A stretch of DNA of 64,000 nucleotides from the NCBI GenBank assembly GCA_000092065.1, contig CP000585.1; one strand, 5' to 3'. Numbering within the stretch: position 1 is the stretch's first letter; each line of letters starts with the position of its first letter. Under the pieces are notes generated by a model that worked only from the letters and a program-made list of their open reading frames with translations, was not told the origin of the DNA and did not search any database. Below, piece by piece: positions 9,814 to 21,400 of the stretch. Origin of the DNA: Ostreococcus lucimarinus. Taxonomy: Eukaryota. The position numbers and the translations under genes are program-made.

Positions 9814-10788
9814 TCAATCACTAATCTCGTACAAGACCTTTCCGCGAGATTTACCGGCTTCGAGGTAGTTGTGACCCTCAACGCACTGCTCAAGCGGGAA
9901 GCAGCGGTCGACGGCGACTTGAAGCTCGCCAGAAGAAATCCAGCCGAAGATGTCGTTCGCACGTTCCATGAGCTCTTCGCGAGTGACGGTGTAGTCGTTC
10001 AACTTCGGGCGGGTCAAGTAACCAGACTTGTTGATGAAGCGAAGCGGCGGGAACGCCGGGACGGCGCCGGAGGCATTGCCGAAGGAAACGAAGATACCGC
10101 GGCGAGCCAAGACGTCGATGGAGGTCTCGTACGTGGCGAGGCCGATGCCATCGATGACAGCCTTGACACCTTCGCCCTTGGTGATTTCCATCACTCGCGG
10201 CACGAGGTCGACCGAGGTGTAGTCTTCGTAGGACGTACCCGGCGCTTCATCGTACACGATGAGCTCATCGACGCCCGTGGCGCGCGCGATGTCCTCCTTG
10301 CTCTTAGAGCACGTTCCAATGACCTTGTATCCTCGAAGTTTGGCCATTTGCGCCGCCCATTGGCACGTGCCCGAGCCGGTGCCGTGAATCAACATCCACT
10401 CGCCCGGCTTCACCAGCCCGGCGTGCGCCGAGTGCGTGAGGTAGTGCGCCGTCATTCCTTGCACCCCGCACGACACCGCGACGTCCAAAGGAATAGACTC
10501 CGGTACCGTGATCACCTTGCTCGCCGGCACCGCCGTATACTGCGCGTACGTTTGAAACACAGACGAGTAGCTCACGCGGTCGCCGACCTTGACGCCTTGC
10601 GCTATGGCTTCGTCGCTCGCTGCCGCGATGTATCCACCACCCTCTTGACCGCCGATAAAGGGTAACTCGCGCTTGTACAAACCACTTCGATGGTAGGTAT
10701 CGATAAAGTTAATACCGGAGTACTTATTCTTCACGATGACGCCCCCCGCCGTGAGCTTCGGCGTGGGGTAATCCTTCTCGATCTTCAT
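9814..10788 (-). CDS. NADPH:quinone oxidoreductase (zeta-crystallin/QOR, medium-chain dehydrogenase family)
   Basis: MKIEKDYPTPKLTAGGVIVKNKYSGINFIDTYHRSGLYK...GGQEGGGYIAAASDEAI...HGTGSGTCQWAAQMAKLRGYKVIGTCSKSKEDIARATG. The track start at 10818 is GTG. The ATG at 10788 was verified. Confidence 0.8.
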   Translation of the reverse strand: MKIEKDYPTPKLTAGGVIVKNKYSGINFIDTYHRSGLYKRELPFIGGQEGGGYIAAASDEAIAQGVKVGDRVSYSSVFQTYAQYTAVPASKVITVPESIPLDVAVSCGVQGMTAHYLTHSAHAGLVKPGEWMLIHGTGSGTCQWAAQMAKLRGYKVIGTCSKSKEDIARATGVDELIVYDEAPGTSYEDYTSVDLVPRVMEITKGEGVKAVIDGIGLATYETSIDVLARRGIFVSFGNASGAVPAFPPLRFINKSGYLTRPKLNDYTVTREELMERANDIFGWISSGELQVAVDRCFPLEQCVEGHNYLEAGKSRGKVLYEISD

Positions 10789-11174
10789 GTTCGACGCCGG
10801 TCCCGTCTCGCGGATCACCGCCGCGGTCTATATCGCGCGTCGCGTGCGTACGCATATCGTCAGTCGTCGATCTCGTCGCGCCACGCCGCCGCGCGGGGCG
10901 CGCGCGACGCGCACGCGTCGGTTTTCGTCGTCAAAAAGTGTCCCGGTGGATAAGCCGCCGCCAGACACTCTTTCGCGTCGCGTATTCGGTCGTTTCGAGC
11001 GCGCGCGCGCACCATGACATCGGGGACGCCCGACGCGAACGCGCGAACGCCCGTGAGGGTCTTGCGGAGCGAACGAGCCGATCGAGCGAGCATCGTGCGA
11101 GGCGAAGAGTGAGGTCGGGCCGGAGGGTTACAACCGGGCTGGCGCTCTGCGCGCGCGCTCTATGATACATACAT

Positions 11175-13085
11175 TTACTCGTCGTCATCCGTGAACGAGA
11201 CGGCGGATTCGGCGTCGGAATAGCTCGCTAGGTATGACGCTTCGTCGCGATCGGGCGCGGTGGGACGAGACCGACGCTTGGCGTCTCGAGAGGCGACGAT
11301 CGCGCGTCTGGTGGATTCGAGCGCGCGTCTGTTTTCGGCGCTCAAGCCGTCGTACGCTGTTTCTCCGGCGGCGTTCGTGACACGCTCGTCGGCGCCTTTG
11401 CTAACCAGATACTCGCCGAGCTCGAAGTACCCGTAACCGTAGCAATAGTGCAACGCGGTGTTGCCTTGCTTGTTTCGAGCGTCGAGCGGGACGCCGGCGC
11501 GAACGCACATCTTGGTGACGCGCTTGCGGTTGTTTTGCGCAGCGACGATGAGAACGGTGTTTCCGAACGAATCTCGCGTGTCGACGTCAAATTCGGTGCT
11601 ATTGTGCACAAGGATTTCTTGTGCTTCGCTTACGCGCCCGTTACGAACGGCGCTGAAGATGGGATGCTGAACGCCGTTCTCTCTGAGCGTCTTTGGGGCA
11701 TCTTTCTCGATCGACGTCTTGGAAGACGCTTCCTCGGGAATGATCAACTTTGCGGGAGAAAACTTTTTGTACGTCGGAGACACAGAATCTGGTCCAACCG
11801 GGGACCCGAGATTCGTGTCTCGTCGCGCTGGCTCGGGCGAACGCAGCCACTCGGGCAAATCTCTGTCGTCGAGCGTCGTCCGCGCCGGGCTCGGCGAGCT
11901 CTCCGCTGGACTCTGCGCCGCCACCGACGAGTACTTACGCTCCGTTGCCTTCTCTTCCTTGGACCACATCTCGTAGTCTTTCTTCGTGTCCTTTAATTCG
12001 TCCGCGAGCGAGCGCACGCGCGCCTCGCTCGCGTCTCGAGCTCGACGCAGCGCGTTTATTTGCTCAATCATCGCGCGCTCTTTTTCGGTGAACTGCTTCG
12101 TCGTCTTTCGCATTCGACCGAGCTCCGTCTTCAACCCCGCTTCGCCGACGTCGCTCAAATCACCCTCTGGCGCCGCCGTGGCGTTCGTGGACGAATCCTG
12201 CCGCCTCTGCGATTGCGAGACGTTTAGCAATCGCTTTTCCTCAATCTGCAACTCGGCCAACCGACGCTCCGCCTCCGTCTCCTTATCCGCGGCGAGCCGC
12301 TCGCGCTCGGCGATTCGATTTTCCCTCTCGACGAGCGATCTTTCGCGCGCACGCAGCGCGTCTTCTTCCGAACGCAACCTAATTTCAAGCTCGCGCACCT
12401 CGCGTTCCATTCGCGCCCGGTCGAGCGCGACGCGTTCCCGCTCGCTCGAATCCGCGTCCTCTCCTTCGGCGACGCGCGTCGCCGTCACCACCGGCTCGAC
12501 CACCGCTTCGACCGCGCGCGACGTCGACGCGAACGTTTCCGCGCCCTCGCGCGCCGCCTCGTCGTCTAAATCCTCCAAAGTCCGCGTCTCCTCGTCCCCC
12601 GCGCTCGCGAAACAAAAGCAACGCGCCGCCGCCGACGCCCTCCGACCCGTCGCCACCGTCGCCACCGACGTCTCCCGTCGCGCGCGCGTCGCCGCCTCCT
12701 CGCGCGTCGTCTCGTTCGCCCTCGCCTTTTCGCGCGCGTCCGTCGCGTCCGCCCTCCCTTCCGTCCCGTTCGCCGTCTCGCCTCGTCGTCGTCCTCGCGC
12801 GTCGTCGTCCCGCGCGCCCGCCTCGCGCCTCCCTCCCGCGCCTTTCGCCGTCTCCCTCGCCCGTCGCGACTCCGCCCGCGCGCGCGCCATCGCCCGCCAC
12901 CCCTCGTCGCCCTCGCGCCGCCGCGCGTCGACGCCTCGCGCCTCCGCGCGTCGTCGCGCGCGCGCGTTCGCGTCCTCCGTCGCCGCGCGTCCCGCGTCCC
13001 GCCGCGTCTCTTCCCTCGCTCCGCGTCCCGCGCGGTGTCGCGCCATCGCGCGTCGAAGCGCCTCCGAGCGCTCGCGCGACGCCAT
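11175..13085 (-). CDS. Coiled-coil protein with C-terminal ankyrin repeats
   Basis: C-terminal ANK units: GNTVLIVAAQNNRKRVTKMCVRAGVPLDARNKQGNTALHYCYGYGYFELGEYLVSKGADERVTNAAGETA. The middle region has long heptad-like E/R-rich helices. The track start at 13193 is TTG and lies inside the tandem repeat. The first ATG is at 13085. Confidence 0.7.
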   Translation of the reverse strand: MASRERSEALRRAMARHRAGRGAREETRRDAGRAATEDANARARRRAEARGVDARRREGDEGWRAMARARAESRRARETAKGAGGRREAGARDDDARGRRRGETANGTEGRADATDAREKARANETTREEAATRARRETSVATVATGRRASAAARCFCFASAGDEETRTLEDLDDEAAREGAETFASTSRAVEAVVEPVVTATRVAEGEDADSSERERVALDRARMEREVRELEIRLRSEEDALRARERSLVERENRIAERERLAADKETEAERRLAELQIEEKRLLNVSQSQRRQDSSTNATAAPEGDLSDVGEAGLKTELGRMRKTTKQFTEKERAMIEQINALRRARDASEARVRSLADELKDTKKDYEMWSKEEKATERKYSSVAAQSPAESSPSPARTTLDDRDLPEWLRSPEPARRDTNLGSPVGPDSVSPTYKKFSPAKLIIPEEASSKTSIEKDAPKTLRENGVQHPIFSAVRNGRVSEAQEILVHNSTEFDVDTRDSFGNTVLIVAAQNNRKRVTKMCVRAGVPLDARNKQGNTALHYCYGYGYFELGEYLVSKGADERVTNAAGETAYDGLSAENRRALESTRRAIVASRDAKRRSRPTAPDRDEASYLASYSDAESAVSFTDDDE

Positions 13086-13116
<31 letters not shown>

Positions 13117-13159
13117 ACGACGCGCGGCGACGGCGCGTCGCGCGATGCCGCGCGACGGA

Positions 13160-13440
13160 TCGTCGTCGTCGCGAATCCTGTCTGATCCCTCAAACATCTC
13201 TTTAAATGCGTTGAATCGTTCGTACTTTAACATGGCGCACGTGGAGGCGCGTGCTGCCGTCGTCGCGAATCCTGTCTGATCCCTCAAACGTCTCTTAGAA
13301 TGCGTTGAATCGTTCGTACTTTAACATGGCGCACGCGGAGGCGCGCGATGCCGTCGTCGCGAATCCCGTCTGATCCCTCGAACATCTCTTGAAATGCGTT
13401 GAATCGTTCGTACTTTAACATGGCGCACGTGTAGGAGCGT
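13160..13440. repeat. Minisatellite: 94-bp unit x3 (period measured as 13171 to 13265 to 13359)
   Basis: Three near-identical copies of ...cgtcgtcgcgaatcctgtctgatccctcaaacatctctt(t/a/g)aa(a)tgcgttgaatcgttcgtactttaacatggcgcacgtggaggcgcgtg.... The array sits in the divergent spacer between the ankyrin/CC gene (ATG 13085, minus) and the GATA gene (ATG 13545, plus). Confidence 0.9.
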
Positions 13441-13544
13441 GGATATTTTCGTCGTCCGACGTCGTGGTCGGTCGGACGGGCGATCGCGCGGGATCGCGAT
13501 CGCGCGCGGCGCGGGGAGTTCGGCGCGCGCGAACGCGGCGCGCG

Positions 13545-14396
13545 ATGATCGTCTCGCGGCGCGCGCGAGCGGACGACGGCGGGCGCGCGGCGCGCGACGC
13601 GAGCGCGCGCGACGGGGGGAGTTCGGCGACGGGGATCCTGAGCGGCGCGGAGATCGCGACGCTGAGCGAGCACTCGTACGATCGCTTGCTGCGGTTGAAA
13701 CCGCGAGAGATCGGACGAGGGGATCGGTTGACGGCGGAGGAGACGGCGGTGACGTTCGATACGTTCGGGCCGGCGAGCGTGTCGGTGGACATCGTGAGCG
13801 TGGAGAGGGACGAGGGAGGGACGGGGGAGGGACGAGGGCGAGGGACGGCGGACGCGTTTGAGTTTTTTGAAAAGCGGGCGTTTTTGAAGGAGAGTTCGAA
13901 GAGGAACGCGATGGATTTGGCGCGGTTGCGACGGACGCGGATCGCGGACGAGCGCGCGAAGGTGCGGGAACGAGAGCGGGAGCGCGCGGCGAGCGCGCGA
14001 CCGCCGGGAGGACCGGGCGCGAACGGAGCGCCGCCAGAGGTTCGAAGGAAGAAGAGAGGTCGAGGACGGCCGCGAAAGGATGCCGTTAACGCCGCGTCGC
14101 GCCAGCGCGACGCGCGCGGGCGAAAACGGATGTACGACCGATCGACGGAGACGTGCGCGGAGTGCGGGACGCACCAGACGCCGCAGTGGCGAAGTCTTTC
14201 GGCGCAGTTCGCCGTGCTCGAGCGCGCGGGCATGCTCAACGCCGTCGTGTGTAACAGGTGTTACGCCCGCGCGAAGCGCAGAAGCCAACGTCTGGCTCAC
14301 CCTCAAACGACCACGTCGCTCGAGAAGGTCGACGGCGCGTCCGCGCCCGCCGACGCCGACGCCCTCGGCGCTCTGTGCGCCGCCGTCGACCTGTGA
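13545..14396 (+). CDS. GATA-type zinc-finger transcription factor with AT-hook
   Basis: CAECGTHQTPQWRSLSAQFAVLERAGMLNAVVCNRCYARAKRR matches the C-x2-C...TPxWR...CNxC GATA finger but with a 28-residue loop. There is an AT-hook (KKRGRGRPRK) upstream. The track start at 13464 is GTG. The first ATG at 13545 was verified. Confidence 0.65.
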   Translation: MIVSRRARADDGGRAARDASARDGGSSATGILSGAEIATLSEHSYDRLLRLKPREIGRGDRLTAEETAVTFDTFGPASVSVDIVSVERDEGGTGEGRGRGTADAFEFFEKRAFLKESSKRNAMDLARLRRTRIADERAKVRERERERAASARPPGGPGANGAPPEVRRKKRGRGRPRKDAVNAASRQRDARGRKRMYDRSTETCAECGTHQTPQWRSLSAQFAVLERAGMLNAVVCNRCYARAKRRSQRLAHPQTTTSLEKVDGASAPADADALGALCAAVDL

Positions 14397-14584
14397 CCGC
14401 GCGCGCGCGCGCTCTGTACGAATACCGCTCGCTTTGTTGAGTCGAATCGTAAATTCGCTCTTTGTTGTTCTTTTGTTTTGTATTGTAGAGAACGCTTCAC
14501 GTCGTGTACGGCTCCGCGTCGTCTCGTCGCGCCCGAGCAACGAACTCGGTCGCGAACGCGCCAGACGCCGCCCGCGCGCGCGCG

Positions 14585-15373
14585 ATGGCGTCGCCGCCCG
14601 GAGGGCTATCGGGCGTCCGCGCGACGCTCGAGCGCGCGCGCGCGATGCTCCACGACGCCGTGCGTCGCGCGCGCGCGGGGAAACGCGACGCGACGGCGGT
14701 CGAGGCGGCGACGGCGAACGAGGCGCGACGACGCGACGCGGACGCGCGCGCGACGACGACGACGGGACGACGCGCGGACGGCTCGCCGTCACCGCCGAAG
14801 ACACCGACGGAATCGACGGAGAAGCGCGCGAAGAGGTCGTCGCCGACGTCGTCGCCCGAGGAGGCGCGCGAAGAGGCGGCGGCGGGACGCGCGAAGCGGA
14901 CGAAGCGGCCGCCGCCCGAACGCGGTGGAGCCGTGCGCGCACCGCTCGAACGCGACGAACCCGCGCGTGGTGTGTATTTCAACTCTTCGTCGTTTACGAT
15001 GATGTCTGCGACGCCAGAGGTGGATTCAGACGACGATGGAGCTCGACGGGAAATCGACGAGAGCGCGCGGTTGATTCACGAATTTACAGACCTCGCCGAG
15101 GAGGAGCTCCAATACATGGTCAAGTGGAATTCCATCGCGCTGAGGTTTCGGTGCTTGGGACGTCACGAAAGCCCGGCGCTGTGTGAGGCATTCGCTAGAA
15201 CGCACTGGCGCTCGCTGCGTGAGAAGGATTTCTTCTCGTATTATCTCAGAACCGTTCTGGCGATGTACGAATTCGGCGCAATCGACCGCGCGGGCGTCGT
15301 GCACGCCCTCAGGGTGGCCGCACATGTCACCGGACAAAAGCGCGTGGGTTGGAGGAGACATTCGATTCATTAG
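14585..15373 (+). CDS. Hypothetical protein (262 aa) with a conserved-looking C-terminal half and no recognised domain
   Basis: The track start at 14504 is GTG, so I used the first ATG at 14585. The C-terminus (EELQYMVKWNSIALRFRCLGRHESPALCEAFARTHWRSLREKDFFSYYLRTVLAMYEFGAI) is compositionally normal. The gene is convergent with Piezo and ends 45 bp from it. Confidence 0.35.
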   Translation: MASPPGGLSGVRATLERARAMLHDAVRRARAGKRDATAVEAATANEARRRDADARATTTTGRRADGSPSPPKTPTESTEKRAKRSSPTSSPEEAREEAAAGRAKRTKRPPPERGGAVRAPLERDEPARGVYFNSSSFTMMSATPEVDSDDDGARREIDESARLIHEFTDLAEEELQYMVKWNSIALRFRCLGRHESPALCEAFARTHWRSLREKDFFSYYLRTVLAMYEFGAIDRAGVVHALRVAAHVTGQKRVGWRRHSIH

Positions 15374-15418
15374 TCCTAGATTTGTTGTCGCTCACTAAAT
15401 TTGCTCGCGAAATGCTCG

Positions 15419-18400
15419 CTAAATTTCATCGGCGTTTCGACTGATGACTCTTCGCAGAGACGACTCACGCATCATCCTCATGAGGGAGTAGTACATCTTC
15501 ATTTCATCCCGTCGTCTTCCGGGATAATCTAACGACCGAATTAAACGCAAACCTCGACAGACGTTGATCAGCTCATCAGTGTTGGCGATTTCGTTCACGA
15601 AGACGTCGGAGAGTTTGAAATTGTACATCGTGCGAACAAAAAAGCCGACGGTGACGAAAACAAAGCCGTACAGCGCGCGAAGACTGTAGCTCGATAAGCC
15701 CAAGCTCGACACTAAACCGACGAGGTATCGATCGCTTATGGTGGCGTATAAAACCCCGTAATCTGAAGGCGGTAGCGTCGAGTCAATTCCACAGAAATCC
15801 GGCGCAGCGGTTGGGAAAGAGGGCGACGTCGGAGTCACTTCCCACAAATTCGCCGTCGGCGTCGATCCTAGCGTCATGTTTAAGCCGATGTACGCCGACG
15901 TGTTGAAATCCAAGATCTCGACCATGGTCTCAGGTGTGAGATGAAAGCCGCGCGGTATCACGTTTGCGAACTGGATACTCCCTTGACCGTTGGTGATGAC
16001 GCCGGCGAGCGCGGCGCAATGCGCGTTGGTGAGCGTCGCCACCAAGTCTTGCGAAACCGTCTTCGCCTTCAGCGGGCCGAGTCTAGTGAACTCCGTCGTG
16101 ATAGTCATCTTGGCCGTGCACGTGGATGCTGCTGCTGCTGTGTTGAGCGACTGTGCGAGAGCTAGTTTCGAACTTTGCGGCAAAATCCAAGCGCTTTGAG
16201 AATACTTTGGAAACCGCACGCAGTCGGAGTCAATGCTGCGAAAGGAAAGACCTCTGAGAAGTTCTGACTTCATTGCCTCTTGCGAGATCGAAGACATCCC
16301 GTAACCGGTCGCGAACCCAGAGTATATCCTGTGACGCTCCGTCTTTTCATCCGCGTAGAAGTCTAATTGCACCTGCATCGTCGCAGCTTCTATTCTGTTG
16401 CTCGTCAACGCCGGATTGAATGTGCTAAAGATGAAAATCGGCCCGGTGAGCAACAGCATGATGATGGCGATGATGCCGCCGCCGAGTAGAATCTTAAGGG
16501 GCCAAGGCACAGGTTTTGCTCCGCTGTAATACTGGCGTCTGTTCCGTCTCCACGAGATGAGCATGTCCGTTTTGTGCAACAGGTAGTAAAGCGTCTCGTA
16601 CCGGAACCACATGACGTAATCTATGCTCGTGTCGCACACGACCCAGTCCAAAAGAGTTCGTATTTCGAACAAGAATGGCAACGTGTTGATGAGGTTGTAC
16701 ACGAATCGTCCTACAGGGGTATTCCCGAAACGCATGAGGACGATTTTGAACTGATACCCCTCCCTAAAACCTTCTCGAAGTTGCAACGCGCTGACGATGA
16801 ATTGGAAGAGCATCAAAACCGTAAACGCCTTGAGATGCGAGTTATGTCGCGGAGACACGAATGAACGCGTGTCCAGTAACGGAAGGAAAATGAAAACCAG
16901 TGAGACGTATAGCACGACTTGTGCAAAGTGCAAGTAGAACTTCAACTTGATGTTCTGCGAAAGATACACCAAGCGCATCACAATTATCCACATCACAGAC
17001 GACACGATGGAAATCGTCAGTCCCGTTCCAAAGGACTCCGTCGAACTCAGCGCCGTGCCAGACTCGAAGACTAAGTTACGGTAACCCGTGACAAACCAAC
17101 AAGTAATGATTAATTGTAAGAAAATCTCCAAGGAGTAAAGGTCGACGCCCGGTTTGCCGACATTCCTTTTCGGCATTTTGGCGGAATTGCTAAGACAAAT
17201 CTGCGTCACCAATTCTCTGAAACGAGTTTGTGCAACGTGTATACCCCTAGTGAAGAGGCCGAACGTCCTCATATACGCCCTTCTCCGTTCACGTCGTCTC
17301 AAAGCACGAGTGCGTTCCTTACTAGTGCGTCCTTCTAGATGGTGCGTCTCGACTTGCCGTGTTTTTCCTGTCGCGACATCCTCAAGCGGCGGCGACGTCA
17401 ACGCCGCCAAGTCGATGTCGTCCTTGAATTCACCAGCATGGTACGTCTGATAATCTTCTCGAGGAGCTAGCGGGATGGCATCGCGCCTCGTGCATTGACC
17501 CAAACTATGCATGTGTGACATGTGTAAGACGAGCGTGACAATGAGAAATATGTCTGTCCAGACTTCATCGCGAACCAAATTTCGAGCGCGTGGGACGGTG
17601 AGAAGAGTCGCACTCAACGTGCTAAACTCACTGTCCGCGGCCGGGTCATACAACGTCATCGTCGGACAATACGGTTGCGCACTGATGTACCACTTGTTGC
17701 GGTTGTCAAACTTTGCGTTCGCATCAAGTTCCATGCAGAACGCCTTGCTTCGGAGCAAAATCCGTGCGTAAAAGCACGCGACGGAATACCAGAAGATGAA
17801 ACGCCACATCTCCGGCAGTGGCTGCGGATTCCACATCGCCGCGAACGCCAAAATGAAGATCACGAGACATGCACTCATCAAATCGACGTGATCGATGAAG
17901 TTACACACCAAAGCGATGTACAACAAGCGCTCGCTTTGAGAATAGATGATCTTTCCGAAGCCGGTAATGATATTCGCGCCGCCCCAGTCTCCTTTTCGAG
18001 TCCACTCGCTTTCGCCGCCTTTGTCGTTGGGCAACGGATATAGCGCGGGATCGAGCAAGTAAGCGGCAGAATTTCTCGCAGCGTGGACAACCTTGGCAAC
18101 GCCATTTATCAACTTGTCTTTGCCCGATAAAACCTCTTCACCTTCCTCGTCGTCTTGCGGCATTGGCATGGTGACGACGTCGGATGGCTCTGACGGAGGT
18201 CCGTAACCAATCGACCTTGAACACGATTGCACGGTGAAGGAGTAGCTCATACCCGGAGTTAGACCAGAGATCACATGTGATGACGGTGCCCGTGACTCTG
18301 CATCAACGTCCACTTTCACTGGGTTCACGTGATGTGGAAATATCGTTGTCCGCGGCGAACGCTCGCGCTTTATAGTGAATTGTTCGATGTCGTCAGTCGA

Positions 18401-21400
18401 GCCGCGCATCTTCCACTTCACCTCGACGGTGGTTGAGTTTTGTGCCCGCACAGTGACATGTTCAGGAACATATTTTTCCGCCGCCGTCTCTTCGTCGATT
18501 GTGTGCCTGAACTTTTGGAAATGAGTCCATTCAGACGCTTGCAAGGCGCTCGCTCGAACTTTGTCGGTGATCATTTTGTACTCTTCATCAATCTCCTGTT
18601 GAATCTTTGCTCGCCATCCAAGAATGTATTTGCGATACAAGATGGAACGGCGAGCACGCTTGTCCATTGCGTTTTTTTCTAATCGCAAGACTTCACGGAC
18701 GTATCGTTCGTTGGAGAAAAGTTGCGCTTGAACCGAGCAAAGAATGAATAGCGCGACGTCGACGCCTATGGAACCAGAGCTGTAACCCAACACAGACACA
18801 CAGTCTGCAGCGAGCATGGTAGCGTCACACGCCGAGCCGAGTTTACGGACACCGAACAAGGAGTTAATTGTTTCGCACATGCGCGTACCCACAACACATG
18901 ACCCAAGTCGCGCAGTGCGACCATTGAGAAGTATCGGCTTGATATAGGGGATCTGATACACAAGTTTCGCCGCGAGGACGGTGAAGACGTACACGGGCAA
19001 GAGACGGAACAACTCGCCATTCCACCATTTGTGGGCGCGACTCGGGAATATTCGAGTGTTTATTCGCAACTCATTGAAGCGCATCGAAAACAAAATCGTG
19101 ATTCCCGCATAGCACAGTGATATGAAATCACTATCGTGCTGCGCCACGGCAGCCGTCGTAGTGAGAATAACGATGACCAAAAGTAGATACTTGTAGAAGA
19201 ACTTCAAGAAGAATTGACCCATGATCTCTTCAATTCTCCGTCGCACAGTCGTTCGTCGCTCGTGAATCGCCATCGAAGCGATTTGGCTGAAAGTGTAGTG
19301 CTCTTGAATGACTTGCAATTCTTCCTTAATTGAAACTTGCCTCGATAGATTTCGATTCGTCCAATTGGCGCGCTTCATTTCTTCCCTTTGAAGGTCTGCG
19401 TCCACGCTCGGAACGTACTCTTGGAGTTGCACGTTTACCGCGTCCCATCGCTTTATTTTGTCATCGTAGGAAAGTTCTGATGTTTCATCGAGCTTGCGCC
19501 GTTCTGCGAGGCGAGTATTGACTTTGTTTGCGAGAGATGTAAACGCCTCTGACTGCACCCACTCGCTACCCATCTTTTGGCCTTTCGCTTTCACGTAGCC
19601 GCGCATCCATGCCGTGCGGACGTCGTCCCGAACCATGTTTTTGTGTCCTTTTCGCACGTAATGTCCCACGAGTAACATCACGAGGATGTCAGATATTATT
19701 TCGTACTCATGTACAAAAACTGGCCTCGAGTTGCAATCCAAATACGCTGACGGCGCAGGCGCTGCGGCAGCGGAGGACGGACAGTCCCAAATATCGAGCC
19801 AAAACCGTTTTTCAGGGCACGTCTCACAGTAATTTGTATTGAGCCAACTCGGCGGCAGGCGCAAGGCGGCCATGATGTGTATCGCCAAGATGGCGCCGAT
19901 GATGAGAAGTATTGCGTAACCTTGAGACTGAAATCTCACAACTCCTGCGCGATTGTTGAAGGCCAAAAAGTATCCAAGGATGATGATATATATAGAACTC
20001 GTCACATCTGATTTTAAGAAGGCATTGATCAGTAACACGGCCATCGCGAGCAGATACTTCAAGCTCGCGAGCTGCTCAATCGCGGAATCTAGTGTCTCGA
20101 AGGTATTCTTGACATCCCACTTCACGAATCGATAAACCATCCTTATGACGATTGGGCGCCATCCGTACAGTGCGATTTTACTTTTGCTATGCTTCAAACT
20201 CCCGGCATTCACCTGTTTGACGAGATTGGCGAATATATCTTCTTCTGCGCGAATCGGCGTCTGCTGCACCATGGGGGACATGCCTTCATCCGTCGTGACG
20301 ATTTTCTTCTTGCCCACTGGCGTTTCGATGTTTTTGTTTTTCATGCGCTCGGCGACGATGAGCAATTTCAACTTCTTTGCCACATCGCATCCCTGAACTT
20401 CACCGCGAAGCTTTGCCCAATAACTCGCTCGCGGAACTGCGGTCGCCGTCGTCGATTTTGCTTTCCGTTGCACCTTGACATTGTGTCGTCTCTGCAAGAA
20501 TCCGTGTAAAACGGCGAAAATGATCACCGCATAATGCGCTCCAAAAATGTACCAGTTTGTCGTAAAAGTCAAGCACGCTTGCGTCGGGAACTGGTTTGAT
20601 GATGACGCCGCAACACTAGCATCCTGACAAAATGTCTTGGTGGAATCGAGAACGTAAGGCCACGCACAACAACTCGTGGTGGTTTGCAAGTCATCGCCGA
20701 GACGTGGATCGTAAAGTGAAATCAAGCCAAGCCAACTCCCCCAATTTTCGTTTACTAACGTGTTCAGCGATCCCGATTGGAAGATCGTCAAGAGCGTGAG
20801 CTGTTTGAACACGATGGAAATCGTCGCCAGTAGAGCCAAATAAAATCCGTAGTCATTCACCTCAGTGTGAATTGATACTGGCGCGGCATGATGATAGTCT
20901 GATTCCCTCAGGTGACGCCTGAACCACCCAGACGATCCAGATGGACTGCGCCTTGTCTGAATCGGCGGCGGCGTTATGTCGGCGGCCGTGATAACATTGC
21001 TTCGTATCCGACGCATTCGGTTCAAGAATCGCCATGAATCCGTCAAAATTCTCATCGACGTTCCAATGACGCTAAAAGTTCCATACCGAAGCGGTACGGG
21101 AGCCTTGCCGCGGATTGTTGGCACAGCGAGTTCTATGCATGCAAACATTATAACCACGACGTAGAGCATACTCACGACTTCGACTCGAAACGCCACACAG
21201 ATTGTTGCCACGAGTAAAAGCAGCTCCATGGATACGCCGTGTAACGCGGATTCGAATTCATCACCTACCGAGTCTTTCACGTGCTTTAATACCGTAGCGG
21301 TAGCGTGATACAGAAAGATAGACGGACGCATGGTGTTGATGTCCTCGACCTTCGTCGACTCGGATTCCTTACTCATATCGAGACGACGAATCGGTGTTCC

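Noticed and set aside
13160-13440. 94-bp tandem repeat as a CRISPR array
   Set aside because: The units are contiguous with no unique spacers. The genome is eukaryotic and there are no cas genes. It is a minisatellite.
13284-14942. Long ORFs on the opposite strand of, or overlapping, real genes (for example 13284..14942 -, 27799..28899 -, 39177..40676 -, 42320..43849 +, 44888..46393 +, 61922..63475 +, 62021..63457 -, and 4805..5518 +)
   Set aside because: Their translations are R/A/G/P-rich low complexity typical of 65% GC DNA with few stop codons. Each overlaps a gene with clear homology on the other strand or frame.
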